Position numbers and translations under genes: made by a program. The notes under the pieces were generated by a model. The model made no database searches. It was not told the origin of the DNA and worked only from the letters and a program-made list of their open reading frames with translations. 64,000 nucleotides of DNA from Octopus sinensis (lineage: Eukaryota). Where the stretch lies: assembly GCF_006345805.1 (NCBI RefSeq), contig NC_043000.1:67704001-67768000 (forward strand), read 5' to 3'. This document shows, piece after piece, positions 14,387 to 27,400 of the stretch. Every line of letters starts with the position of its first letter. Position 1 is the stretch's first letter.

Positions 14387-14429
<43 letters not shown>

Positions 14430-14445
14430 ATATATATATCTATAT

Positions 14446-14477
<32 letters not shown>

Positions 14478-14977
14478 ATATATATATATATATTATATAT
14501 ATATAATATATATATAATATATATATATACACGGAAAAATATATAAATATATAAATAACAAATAAAAGGATGTTTTTATCAGGGTAGCAAAAAATCACAC
14601 AAGTAAAAAGGTTGTAACTCCTTGATTTAAAGGTAGAAACTTCGGGTTTACGTGAAATATTTTGTATAATATAAATAAATAAATAAATGGAGTTTAACGC
14701 AGGTGTAATTCAAATTCTTTTACTTCCGACACATGTTTTGAAGATATCACTGGTATTATTCTAAAGGAATAAAATGGTGTAAAACAATGTAATCTTCTCT
14801 TTAGGGAAATGAAGAAATGAAACTCGTCAATAAGACATTTTAACAGAAAATGATGGATATGTATAGTGATTGACTGAACGTTAGTAAATTTCTTTCAAAA
14901 AACGTTATAGGATATAACGTGAAAGGTATAGAAACATGTGTCGGAAGTAAAAAAAACATTTGAATAACACCGGCATT

Positions 14978-15020
<43 letters not shown>

Positions 15021-15205
15021 TATATACATACATACATACATACATACATACATACATACATACATGTATGTATGTATGTGTGTATATGTATATATATATA
15101 TATATAGCGAGAGAGAAAGAGCGAGAAACAGAGGGGAGGAACAAAGCGGAGAGAGAGAGATGTCTACATACAAATGTACATATATATATGTGTGTATATT
15201 ATATA

Positions 15206-15267
<62 letters not shown>

Positions 15268-15376
15268 TTTGTATCGTCTATCTAGATGTCTTGTTGTCCC
15301 TTTCTTGTATTACCTTATGTCTGGATGTTTTACGTTCTTGTCCCATTTTCTCTTTATATATATATATATATACATT

Positions 15377-15462
<86 letters not shown>

Positions 15463-15502
15463 GGAGTAAACACATAAATGTGAAACAAGGTGGAAAAAAG
15501 AG

Positions 15503-15753
15503 TACTCAAATACCAGTGGTAGAGTAATATGCTTTATTTTAAGCAGCAGAAAATTCAACAAAATCTGTTACTCTGAGTTTCTCGTTGCCGTTCATCAGAC
15601 AGTTTTTGCTAGAATGGAACTTATATATTAATATATAAGTTCCATTCTAGCAAAAACTGTCTGATGAACGGCAACGAGAAACTCAGAGTAACAGATTTTG
15701 TTGAATTTTCTGCTGCTTAAAATAAAGCATATTACTCTACCACTGGTATTTGA

Positions 15754-15756
<3 letters not shown>
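15503..15756. repeat. Perfect 254-bp palindrome of a Penelope-type terminus
   Basis: 127-bp arms with no spacer and no mismatch on base-by-base reading; centre between 15629 and 15630. Confidence 0.95.
15657..15694 (+). ncRNA. Minimal type I hammerhead-ribozyme-like motif (mirror copy on the minus strand at 15565-15602)
   Basis: CUGU-CUGAUGA-A-CG[GCAA]CG-A-GAAA-CUC[A]GAG-UA^-ACAG. Confidence 0.55.
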
Positions 15757-15816
<60 letters not shown>

Positions 15817-16473
15817 ACTTGTTTCAGTTAGATCTGCCTGCATTTTTATATAACTCTAGCAAAAGTTCCATGAACCATTTGGCAAGAAAATTTCAGCTCT
15901 CCAGCTGATCTGATTGTCTGAGCCACGATTGCGTGAATTTAATGCCTTTTATAAGAACCGTGGTCTGAAGTTGAGAAATTTGGTCATCTCATTGTAACAT
16001 TTTATAAGTTTAGTGTTTGTAAATGCAGTTTTTTAAGATTTAAAATAATTAGTCAATAACTAATATCGATATTTATGTCTAATTTTTAAAAAATGAAGAA
16101 AACTGCATTGAATTTTAAGGATAAATGATTATGGTAGCATAGTTGAATATATAACATTACTGGATTCTCTTTAGTTATTCAAATAAAACTATCATTTATT
16201 ATAATCCCAAGTTATTAGCGTAAACCATTAATTGGTCAGGTAGTAAACTATTGATTGGCAATGAAGTGACTCGCTGTTAGCTTCCTCTTTTAGCACATAC
16301 ATCCAATGACGCTATCGTTCACGTATGCACGGATACATATATCTATACACACACATACGTACATGCATACACATATACATATATACACACATGTATATGC
16401 AAACATACACACACGCACGCTCACACACACACACGCACGCACGCACACACGTACGCACACACACACACACACA

Positions 16474-16506
<33 letters not shown>

Positions 16507-16928
16507 CACACACACACACAAGTGTATCAGAAAATCATTTCATAAGAGTTATGGTGATATGTAAATAATACGATATTTGATAGCCCAATAATTTTCAGTT
16601 ATATTTGAGTCACTACTTAATATTAATCTCAAACACAAAATGCTTCTAGATATGATATTCTGCAAGTATAAAAGCGCCATCTATTTAATGGCTATTTAAT
16701 AACAATGGAAAATGGAACGATAAAAACCAATCGCTTTTGTAAGACAAACTAGAGAAAGATGGCGGTGATACTTTTCGAAGAAGCTAATTTTAAAGAAATG
16801 AAATGTTAATAAAGAGTAATTTTTGAAGCAATAGGAATTACAGAAATTGCGGGTGTACGAGATTATGTATAATTTCTTTTTTACTTCTACAGTCATGCTT
16901 ATAATATCCTCATTGCATTTTTTTCTAG

Positions 16929-17050
16929 GATTTTCACAGGCTTCTGTAACAATAAATGAAGGAATACGGTGGAGCACATCTAATGCGTTTCTTAGACCAA
17001 TTATGGAGCGAAAAAATTTACATGTTTTAGTCAGAGCTCTAGTAACAAAA
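16929..17050 (+). CDS. GMC oxidoreductase exon
   Basis: ttctAG acceptor; GFSQASVTINEGIRWSTSNAFLRPIMERKNLHVLVRALVTK; AAA|gtaag donor; 122 nt. Confidence 0.94.
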
Positions 17051-17376
17051 GTAAGCATTTATCTTGTATTTTATTCCTTTCCCTCTCCTCCTCTCTCTCT
17101 GTCTCTCTCACACTCACACACACATACATATTCACACAAATGCATACACACACACACGTACACTAATATCAAATGCATATATTTCTGTCATATCTGATGT
17201 TTACGATATATGTGTGTGTGTGTGTGTGTGTGTATCTATGTATGTATAGTATAATAAATGTGAAAACTAATTTCTGTGTCGATGTGTCACCCATTCTCTC
17301 ACTAATCAATGACACTTCCTCGTGCTGGGGTCTGAGTAATAGTAGGCATAGAAACGGTGAAGGTGGTGGCGACGGC

Positions 17377-17469
<93 letters not shown>

Positions 17470-17849
17470 AATTTAGGGAGAGTTTATGATGTTTTATTAA
17501 AAGTAATAGTTTTGAGAGTGACAATGGGAGTAATAATAAGGGAGAGTTAGGGTGAGTATGTGAGAGAAAGAGAGAGAGATATACAACCTACCTGGACAGA
17601 AATTCCGGTGGACAGCATACTGAACCAACTACTGAACATTATCATTTTTGTTTCATTTTTTTACCCTCTTTAATACATGTGTCTGTGTGTGTATGTGTGT
17701 GTACATATATACATATACATACACACACACATATAAAATACACTTTAATTGAAATACAGTTTCCCCAAAATTAAACATATCTAATATAATAAATCTGAAT
17801 GTCACTGTGTCAGTGTATCAAACTTTTTCAACTTTACTCCTACAGGCTG

Positions 17850-18136
17850 CTTCCGTGAGTAAATTAAAAACATTCCGCGCCGAATCCGGACCTGCAATCC
17901 TGAAATTTTGGATTTCTATGTTTTCATTAATGCGATTGTTTTCGGCGATTTTTTTACGGGATTTTTAGCGACGAATTTGATCATCATTGGGATATGACTC
18001 TCGAGGAAGCAATTGTAACAAATTCTCCAAAACAAGTCAGAGATCTGTTTGCAGATTTTCCCATTCTGGGTTAATTGCTTAAAAGCTACATACCAGCTTA
18101 AAACCGCCCGATAGGGCGGCTTTTAAGTTAGTATGT
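17850..18136 (+). mobile_element. Helitron remnant with 3' hairpin
   Basis: DHHWDMTLEEAIVTNSPKQVRDLFA resembles a Helitron RepHel segment; hairpin gcttaaaaccgccc-gata-gggcggcttttaagt at 18088-18136. Confidence 0.65.
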
Positions 18137-18413
18137 AACTTTACTCTGGACCATCCTCAACTGGCCCAGAGGGAAATCATCAGCCCTTGGACAGGTCTAG
18201 GTTTTAGTCCACCTTCTGGGTGTGTAGACATACTCCTCACAAGAGTAGGAAGCTACTAAAGTGGAGGAGCCGGTTTAGTCGCCGACCACTCGACCCTGAA
18301 ACAAACAGTGCTGGTTTACATGGTACCAGTAGCAGATTTCATCATCCTGTGATGAGATCCCTAACGTCACACAAGCTTGCGCGCACGCATGCATATATAT
18401 ATATATACATATA

Positions 18414-19200
18414 AGAAGGATGACCATTAAGTGGACATCCATTATGCTAGAAGTAGACACCCTATGGTCTTACCACTAAGAAAGGATTGTTCTCAAGAAA
18501 ATTTAGCAAACGCCAGAACGTAAGCGAGCAAGACAAATGAAAAGATACAAAATATAAAGATTAATCACAAACCCGATTTCGTTGTTACCACTTACGTAAT
18601 CACTTACCTAATTGTCTGCAACTCATCAATATGATCGTCATAGCAAAATATAATTTGCAGACCTATACACGGAACGTCCGCATGTGATTGCACCAATTAC
18701 GTTTACTAAATTTTCTTGAGAACAATCCTTTCTTAGTGGTAAGACCATAGGGGTCTACTTCTAGCATAATGGATGTCCACTTAGTGGTCATTACACTTAT
18801 ATATATGTAATATAATTTTTCTAAATCTTCAGATTTTTCAATATGCTAGACCACTGGTTTTAAATTGATATTAATCAAATTAATATTCAATTTCTCACCC
18901 TTATTGTTTTAAATTTAAATAACTATGTTCTCTAACCGGCAAAATTCACTGCAGAGAATTATTTTCTGCAGAATTATTTCCGGTATTTTGGCGCGCCAAA
19001 ACGAAGACTTTTGCAAGATAACCCCAAATGTAATTGGTAGAACAGTATACATATTCAATCTCATGTGGACGTCTCGTGTATAGTTCTGCAAATAATATTT
19101 TGTTATGATGATCACACTGACGAGTTGCGGACAATTACGTAAGTGATTACGTAAGTGGTAACAATGAAATCGGGTTTGTAATTAATCTTTATATTTTGTA
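18414..19200. repeat. Unclassified repeat family X (about 0.55-kb unit), inverted pair
   Basis: Plus copy 18414-18706 and minus copy 18707-19200; homologous to 48945-49915. Confidence 0.85.
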
Positions 19201-19333
19201 TATAAAGTGCTGTTACAACTGTCTCCTTCAATATGGATTAACAAAAGTTCGTAGGTCAACTGATTAGATGTATAGTAATGATATACTAAAACTACAATAA
19301 TCAAGGACAGTTATAACATCTGGAGTGCATCTC

Positions 19334-19382
<49 letters not shown>

Positions 19383-19397
19383 GATAGATAGATAGAT

Positions 19398-19487
<90 letters not shown>

Positions 19488-19623
19488 GCATACATACATA
19501 CATACATACATACATGTATAGTAATGATATACTAAAATTACAATAATCTAGGACAGTTATAACTGACTTTCCTAAAAGAAGTCTCAAAACTTCTGGAGTG
19601 CATCTCGTATATATGTATAGATG

Positions 19624-19922
19624 TGGAGGCGCAATGGCCCAGTGGTTAGAGCAGCGGACTCGCGGTCGTAGGATCGCAGTTTCGATTCCCAGACCGGGCG
19701 TTGTGAGTATTTATTGAGCGAAAACACCTAAAGCCCCAAGAGGCTCCGGCAGGGGGGCGACATCCCTGCTGTACTCTTTCGCCACAACTTTCTCTCACTC
19801 TTTCTTCTGTTGGCCTGCTCGCTTAGCCAGCGGGGTAGCATCATTTGAAGGCTAAAACAATGCGAAGCGCATTGTGACCAGCTATGTATAGCAACATCTG
19901 GTAGCCTGGTCTGTCACGGTGA
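19624..19922 (+). mobile_element. tRNA-derived SINE, family C
   Basis: tRNA-like head ggcccagtggttagagcagcggactcg...ttcgattccc followed by about 220 bp of non-tRNA body; inserted between microsatellites. Confidence 0.8.
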
Positions 19923-20084
19923 TATATATAGAGAGAGATAGATAGATACATACATACATATACACACACACACATTGCCACGGCTACCAACGTAGTTGAC
20001 TAGAACTTTGCACAGATTAATACCGTGCCCAGTACAATATTAATAAACTTCTCTCATTTATATTAACGTAGAGGTAACTGTATT

Positions 20085-20255
20085 TCATATGGAAAGCAAA
20101 TCAGTAAGTTTTTCAACAAAACTCAGAGTGTACAAGTCCCTAGTGACATCGATCCTTTTGTATGCGTTTGCGTTCTGGACTCTTACAGCTGACATGGAAC
20201 AAATAATCCAGGTATTTGAGCACAAGTGCTTCAGAAAGCTGCTACACATCCGTAC
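20085..20255 (+). mobile_element. RTE-clade LINE fragment (RT C-terminal region)
   Basis: STKLRVYKSLVTSILLYA...WTLTADMEQIIQVFEHKCFRKLLHI. Confidence 0.75.
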
Positions 20256-20340
20256 ACATCCCCCTCAGCCTAAACTGTAGCCTTTTTGCCTAAGTAAACG
20301 TTCTTTTTCTTTCGTTTTTAAATTTAAAAAGATACACATC

Positions 20341-20378
<38 letters not shown>

Positions 20379-20552
20379 GGATCGTAAGGGAACTATAATT
20401 ATACTTGACTTCAAGACTCTGAACAATCTTTTGAATCGATCTAGAATGACAATAAAGTCTTAAAAGTTTGAATCTTGATACATGATAAAAGGAATTACTT
20501 TTCTTGTCCAAAAGTCACAGCTACCCTTCCTCTCTCTCTCTCTCTCTCTCTT

Positions 20553-20586
<34 letters not shown>

Positions 20587-21067
20587 CCTCTCTCCACTCT
20601 CTCTTCCTCTCTCTATCCTTTGCTTCTTTTTTCCCAACTCTCCCATTCACTGCTGTTATCTCCCCTCGTCCTGTGTCTATCTTTAAGGCTTAGATTTGCG
20701 TTTTGCCACTATCACTTAAGTTACGACAATATTGCTCTAGCAATTATAACTTTGAATAGATAACTGACAGATTTTTCATTGAGAGAATAAAATATTTTCA
20801 CATTTCACAATTGTTTCTTATAAATGTTTCCCTCTTTAAATTTTCCATATTTTCTTGTAAATGTTTAAAAGCTATTTCACATTATTTTCGTTCCCTTTCA
20901 TATCTCGATACTTTAGGTACACTCTTTCTTCAACGGTGAGGAAAGAACCCATTGGACAATGTGGTCTCAAATAAAAAAAAGTTGCATGCGCGCTCGCACA
21001 CACACATATTACGCTAAACAACCAGGGGTGCATTTTTTCTTCCTAGTATTAATAATTCTTCGTAATA

Positions 21068-21267
21068 TGGGCACAAAGCATGAAATTTGAGAGAAAGGGG
21101 TTAGTCTATGACACCGACCCCAATACTCAACTGGTACTTAATTTATCAACCTCTGAAATGGATGAAAGGCAAAGTCAACCTCGTTGGTATTTGAACTCAG
21201 AACGTATAGTAGGAAAAAATGCCGCTAAGCATTTTGTCCGACGCAGTAACAATTCCGCCAGCTCACT
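21068..21267 (-). mobile_element. tRNA-derived SINE, family A
   Basis: Same sequence as 9120-9330 (ggatgaaaggcaaagtcaacctc...gaactcagaacgta...ttccgccagctc). Confidence 0.8.
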
Positions 21268-21421
21268 AATACAGTAATATCCGAAGTTGTTACTGGATAT
21301 TTATTTTTATTCTTAATTTCCTACGTGCGTAGATTATTTAATTCACTACATTAATATGAACGTGCCTTCTTGTGTAAAATTATATGCTCAGTTGCATAAC
21401 GAAGTAAATTTATTCTTCCAG

Positions 21422-21589
21422 CTTCTTATGAAAGATAACAAAACCGAAGGTGTCCAATATATTCGAGATGGAATTCAATACACGGTGAGAGTGAAAAAAG
21501 AAGTAATATTATCAGCAGGAAGCATACAATCACCAAAAATTCTAATGCTTTCAGGAATTGGACCAAAGGATCACTTAGAAAAAATGATG
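21422..21589 (+). CDS. GMC oxidoreductase exon
   Basis: ttccAG acceptor; ...KEVILSAGSIQSPKILMLSGIGPKDHL fits GMC signature 2; ATG|gtaaa donor; 168 nt. Confidence 0.95.
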
Positions 21590-22434
21590 GTAAAATAATT
21601 GCATTTCCTTTAAAAATACCCCAAACTGAGTACAAACATATTTAATGGTAATTAATTAAATTTATACAGCCCAATTTATTCTCGTCGAGAAGGGCAAAGG
21701 AAATTATCTAAATTAATCAAAAATAGAATCAGAGGGAAGTGAGTGTAAGCTATAGCAGTACCATGACAACTCTGAACGTGCTTCGATCTTATTAAGCCTC
21801 CTCAGCGAAGCATAGTCTTGCCAGTACTGCCAGGTCTAAGACGACTAAGATACTTAGAAAATTTTCATAAACATCGTGTTACTTGAAAACTAAAAAGATA
21901 GGGTAGCATTGCATCAAGTCTTCTGAGTGCTCTGCCTTAGTCATACCTATAAAGTATGATAACTATAAGACTAAAATTATGAGTGTAACTTATCATAAAC
22001 ATATGTTACTTAAACTGTATATCTATCGTGGATGTAGAATTACTATTCTTCAGCTGTTGATTTGCTTCAAAGTTCTGATTTGAAATCTAACTGACAAGAA
22101 CAAAGATTCAGCGTATGCATACACGTTTATGTGTAACGAAATAACTACCACTTACAGACGATAAGCGATACTACAGCTGAAGGAGTTAAAAGTTAACAGT
22201 ACAAGGTAATAAAACCTTCAAATCTTTGTATACACATATGTACTCTAGTGGAATCATATTCCCCTTCATATCCTCATTTTTGCCGACATGCTTGGTAAAA
22301 TTGTGAGATTTTTTCAAATATTAACAAAATTCTAAAGAATAGTGTAAAAAATGTTTAGCTTTAGATTTAGTATTATCAAAAATGTTTAGGAGGTGTATCA
22401 AAAATGTGATATTTTTCATATGTATATATGTATG

Positions 22435-22523
<89 letters not shown>

Positions 22524-22530
<7 letters not shown>

Positions 22531-23090
22531 TGACAATGTCCTTACAATAAAAAAGTCCCTCTCCAATGTACAGGTTCGGGAAATGGTCTATTTTGCTCAT
22601 AAAAACCTAGTTATTCTCCAAACAGCAAACGTTCCTTTTCCACTCTACCAGTGTTGTCCAAAAAGTGCAAGAGTTATTACATCTTGGCACAAGTGTTGTA
22701 GCAGGCGAACTCGAAATGTAAAAACCAAAACAAATGCAATTAACAGCGGTTAAAACTGATTAAATTTTAGAATAGGGGGGAGAGAGAAAGAGAAATCTCA
22801 TATCTTCTATTTAATATACTTTAGGCACATGAAATTAAATTCTAAAATTTAATCAATTTTAACAGCTGTTAATTGCATTTGTTTCGGTTTTTACATTCCG
22901 AGTTCGCCTGCTACAACACTTGTGCCAAGATGTAATAGCTCTTGCACTTTTTGGATAACACTGGTAGAGTGGAAAAGGAACGTTTGCTGTTTGGAGAATA
23001 ACTAGGTTTTTATGAGCAAAATAGACCATTTCCCGAACCTGCACATTAGAGAGGAACTTTTTTTTATTGTAAGGACATTGTCAGCCATCA
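22524..23090. repeat. Foldback / MITE-like long inverted repeat
   Basis: Arms 22524-22773 and 22839-23090 are near-identical reverse complements with a 65-nt spacer. Confidence 0.9.
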
Positions 23091-23188
23091 CCACTAGAGG
23101 TCTTAGTTATGAGATAAAAGTAATATTAACTTTAATCATTCTTATTTGTGATTAGTAAAGCAGATATTTTATACATTTTATTTTACAG

Positions 23189-23339
23189 ATTCCAGTGATT
23201 CACGATCTACCTGTTGGAAAATATTTGAAAAATCACATTCTAGTCTGGTTGAGAGCTAACATAACAAAAGATTATAGCATGACTAAATCGAAGGCGATGT
23301 CACTCAAAGAATTTATGCGATATCAGTTTTTTAAAACAG
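23189..23339 (+). CDS. GMC oxidoreductase exon
   Basis: ttacAG acceptor; IPVIHDLPVGKYLKNH (family consensus IPVxxDLPVGxNLQDH); G|gtaga donor; 151 nt. Confidence 0.92.
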
Positions 23340-24274
23340 GTAGAAGACAAATCGTTCAAGGAATTCGAAGCTTATGCTTATTTAATATTTGAAAGAACTG
23401 CTGTTTGAAAGGAATGTATGGATAAATTAGTAAGCTACTTTCAAACATTATTTTGAACTGAGAGGCTGTACGTTGTAGCTTGTTAGAGCAATTTAAAACA
23501 CTTTGTGTTTTTCATCAGAGAACATGTTTAATTCGTGTGGTAAATGTAAAATGTAAAATAAAAGCAAGGTTACACTTGTATAAGCTGGACAAGATGTATG
23601 ACAATAAAACAGAAAAAGAACATCAGTGCACTACAATATCAACTAAGTTGTGGAAAACTATGCCAAATAAGTTCTTCGGGGGGCAATTTACCAAGACACC
23701 TGCTTTATTTTGAGAACATTGGTGAAAGCAAAGTTATTGCTGTTCATAATTACGTAAGTTTTGTCACAAGAATATGTTCTCAAAGCCACTAATAATCTAC
23801 ACAGGAATTTCGAGGAAATGTCTTCCTAATAGTCTTAGGAAAATGATTTTGCTACAGCCTCGAGTCAGCTTAAGCCTTTTAAGTGGAAACTAAACTTAAC
23901 CCTGTTGCATGGATCGTACCCGTTTTTTTTTATTTTTGCTTTTTTTTAGTGATAAATTTAATCTGTTCTCCAGTTTAATGCTACCATCTGACTATTGAGT
24001 GTCTTTAGTGAAGCCCACTCAGCTGCTGGTCTGAGGATAATTCGATGAATGTCATTCTTCCTACGGAGTCGTGATTTCTTTCTCATATCAGTCTGGGAGG
24101 TCCTGTAGAATGTCAAGAACATTAACCTTCTTCTTTTGACCAACCCAAGAAAATTAGTTACTAAATAATTACAAAATTAGGCAACATCAAAAGCAACAAA
24201 AACATCATCCCAACAATATAAATGCACACACACTGAAATACAAGGAAATTATCTGCAATTGTGAAACAAGAAGT

Positions 24275-24585
24275 CTGCTTCCCAACCACATTGTTTCAGG
24301 TTCAGTCCCGCTACGTGGCATCTTGAGCAAGTGTATTCTACTATAGCCTCGGATCGGCCAAAGTCTTGTATGTGGATTTGATAGGCGGAAACTGATAGAA
24401 GACCGTCATATATATCTATATGTATATATTTATGAATGTGTGTGTATGTGTGTGTGTGAGTGTGTGTGTGTGTGTGTCTTTTTGCCTCTGTTTGTCCCCC
24501 ACCACCGCTTGACAACCGATGATGCTGTGTTTACGTCTCCGTAACTTATCGATTTCTCAAAAGGCTTATACGAAAGTACTAGGCA
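24275..24585 (+). mobile_element. SINE family B (internal microsatellite)
   Basis: cttcccaaccac...ggttcagtccc...ttgagcaagtgtattctactatagcctcgg...ggaaactga + (TG)n + ccaccaccgcttgacaaccg... Confidence 0.8.
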
Positions 24586-25684
24586 AGATATGAAAAGTTC
24601 TCTTTTGTAAATTGCGAGACGAGGAAGCTGATGGTAGTCATACAGATTCTATGGTGGTAATGAAAGATTCTTCGTAGTAATTGATGACTTTCTCTATGCA
24701 CTGCAAGCGGTTATCTTCTCGCAAACCTGCAAGAAAACCATTTGGGGGACTTGGGTGTTACAAGCTTTGGTTGTTGAGGGTTAGGAAGTGATAAACCTGG
24801 AATTTTGATTTCAGCTGTTAACAAATTATGTTTTGCTGGGGGTGGGGTATGGAACTGGTATAAAATTTGCGGAGCTCGGACTAATTAACAGAAAGTATCA
24901 ATGTAGTAAGGCGGCGAATATGCTGTGTGGTAGGAGATTGTGAATGTGAAGGTATTTTACGGTGCATTGTTTTCATTAGACATTTATCCCACCAGTGCAG
25001 AGACAACGGTAGGTTGCTTAAAGTTTTGATGTGAGGAACGGTTCGAGAGCATTTTGTATGACAGTGCATCTGTTTGATAAACATTTGTTAGTCATTACTC
25101 GCGTTTTAAACCTGTAAACAGGAGAACCAATGACATCACCTCTGAGTGCTCCTATTGATCCGTAATCGTTTAATCTGTTACAAATAACCGTCAAATCTCT
25201 TTCATGTCATATCATATATACTTCAAAAATGCAGAAGGTTCTAGATAATGTGATGTTGGTTATTCAGAAAGACAGGATAGCCACAGCTGGAATTTTTTTA
25301 ATCATCGGTTTACTCTATCAGATCTCACTTGGAATTAAACAACAACAGCAACAACAAGATGCTAACAATGTTATTTTGTATTTCATTAGAGAAGGTACCT
25401 CCTTTATTTCTGTCCAGTGTATGTAAAAAAGTATTTCCCCATTAAATTTTTGTTAGAATTAAAGAAATATTTTTTGAAGACTGCTATTACATCCTCAAGA
25501 AGGACTTATTGTCAAGCAATTAGATTATGACGTTCATGTACCGCGCAAAAGTCATGTTTAGAAAACCTTAGACCGATAAGATATACGGTAGATATATTCT
25601 GGTTGGAAATTTATTATTGTTGCTTTATTACAAACTTCAGTGTTTTCTATAACAATTTTAAACAGCTTGAAATTATTTTTCTAG

Positions 25685-25842
25685 GGTTTCTGGCGTCACC
25701 ACTGGCCGTGGAAGGAGTAGGCTTTCTTCGTTCTGGTCTGCAACCAGACAAGATGCAACCAGATCTATCACTTGTTCTACAATCATCTATAGTAATCGGA
25801 GAGCCAGAAGAACTTGATAATGGATTTAATGTTAACATTTCA
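25685..25842 (+). CDS. GMC oxidoreductase exon
   Basis: ttctAG acceptor; GFLASPLAVEGVGFLRSGLQPDKMQPDLSLVLQS; TCA|gtaag donor; 158 nt, phase consistent with neighbours. Confidence 0.9.
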
Positions 25843-26439
25843 GTAAGAAATGCATTTATTTTATCTATATAATTGATTGATTATATGATTTGATAATTTT
25901 ATATTAAAATAGTGTTACTTGTCTCCTGTATATTCAATTTATGACAATGGGACCTAAAAACTGAATTGGAAAGCAAAGAAATAAAAGCAAAGGTTTTATG
26001 AATCTAGGGTTATTCAGCAAAAGCAATGTACGTGTGTCCGAAATTTTAGGGTACGAAAGTTGTATTTGGTGTGTCCCATCAAAGAGAAAACTTTGAGAAA
26101 TACGAAAGTCAAGCGGTCGAATTTCGAGGACTGCCCATATATTGCAAAATTACCTATTTAAAGACTGAACAAGGGCAAAATTTTCAGTTATTAATTTCAC
26201 ATAAGTTTATCATCTAAATGGTAAAATAATGTTTAAGCTTAAGTTCTATTTTGATACTTCTTGTTCTTTCATAAAATACTTTTTACTAAATCGATAATAA
26301 ATTTTGATCTACCTTGAAATAGAAAAGATATTTTGAAAAGAAATATTACAGAACTCTTGAATGAATTAAACGGCTACCGTAATTATAGATCTAGACTGCC
26401 ATTACTATGTTGATTAGTTTGTTTATTTTTCTGTCCTAG

Positions 26440-26632
26440 CTCATCAAACAAACCCAATTACTTTCTGGGCCGACAGCAGCAGACGACGCTGAAGGCTTCA
26501 AGATTTTTGTGGTGTTAGTTCAACCAAAATCCTTTGGTTCTATTGAGCTGAAGAGCACTGATCCACAAGATCACCCGAAAATATATCCTCGATTTTTCAA
26601 CGATGAAACAGATTTTAAAATCATGATGGAAG
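26440..26632 (+). CDS. GMC oxidoreductase exon (absent from the supplied ORF track)
   Basis: tcctAG acceptor; LIKQTQLLSG...LVQPKSFGSIELKSTDPQDHPKIYPRFFNDETDFKIMME (consensus LxxPxSRGxIxLxSxDPxDxPxIxPxY); G|gtgag donor; 193 nt. Confidence 0.93.
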
Positions 26633-26942
26633 GTGAGTAATCTAATTTTAAGATAATATAACTTTAAAATCTTGTAGCGTATTTCATTCTTATCTTGCCA
26701 TACTTACTTCCATCATGTTCACTACACGTTTCCATACGAATATATAATAGTATATTCATTTCTCGCATACACACAGAATGATTCAACTGCTACGCGTGTT
26801 AGCCGCGATATTATTGGATAAAAACAAAATTGAGCGCAAATATAAACAAAGAACCCAAAATACATTATGATTAGATGGAAAAACTATTTCCGGCATGTTC
26901 TTATATATTTTCAACACATTATTCTCTTGCCTCTGAATTCTC

Positions 26943-26945
<3 letters not shown>

Positions 26946-27017
<72 letters not shown>

Positions 27018-27089
27018 TGTGTGTGTCTGTGTCTGTGTCTGTGTGCCTGTGTGTGTGCATGTATGTATATATGCATGTATGTATGTATG

Positions 27090-27120
<31 letters not shown>

Positions 27121-27280
27121 TGTATGTATGTAGTTGTGTATGTATGTATGTATGCATGCATGCATGTATGTATGCGTGTGTATGTATGTATATCGTTAGT
27201 TTTATTTCAAGATTTCTTACCAATAAAGAGCCGGTTTTTAAGTTAAGGTATTTTTGTATGTAAGTATGCATGTATGTATG

Positions 27281-27314
<34 letters not shown>

Positions 27315-27400
27315 TGTACGTTTGTATGCCTGCATGTATGTATGTATGCATGCATGTATGTAAGTACGCAAACATGTATGTATGTATGTGCAGATTTGTA
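26946..27400. repeat. Compound microsatellite (TG)/(TATG) overlapping the R4 3' UTR
   Basis: Read directly from the sequence. Confidence 0.9.

Noticed and set aside
19624-19700. tRNA-like sequence with A and B boxes
   Set aside because: It continues into a SINE body and lacks a complete acceptor stem, so it is a SINE head and not a tRNA gene; the same applies to the family A and B heads
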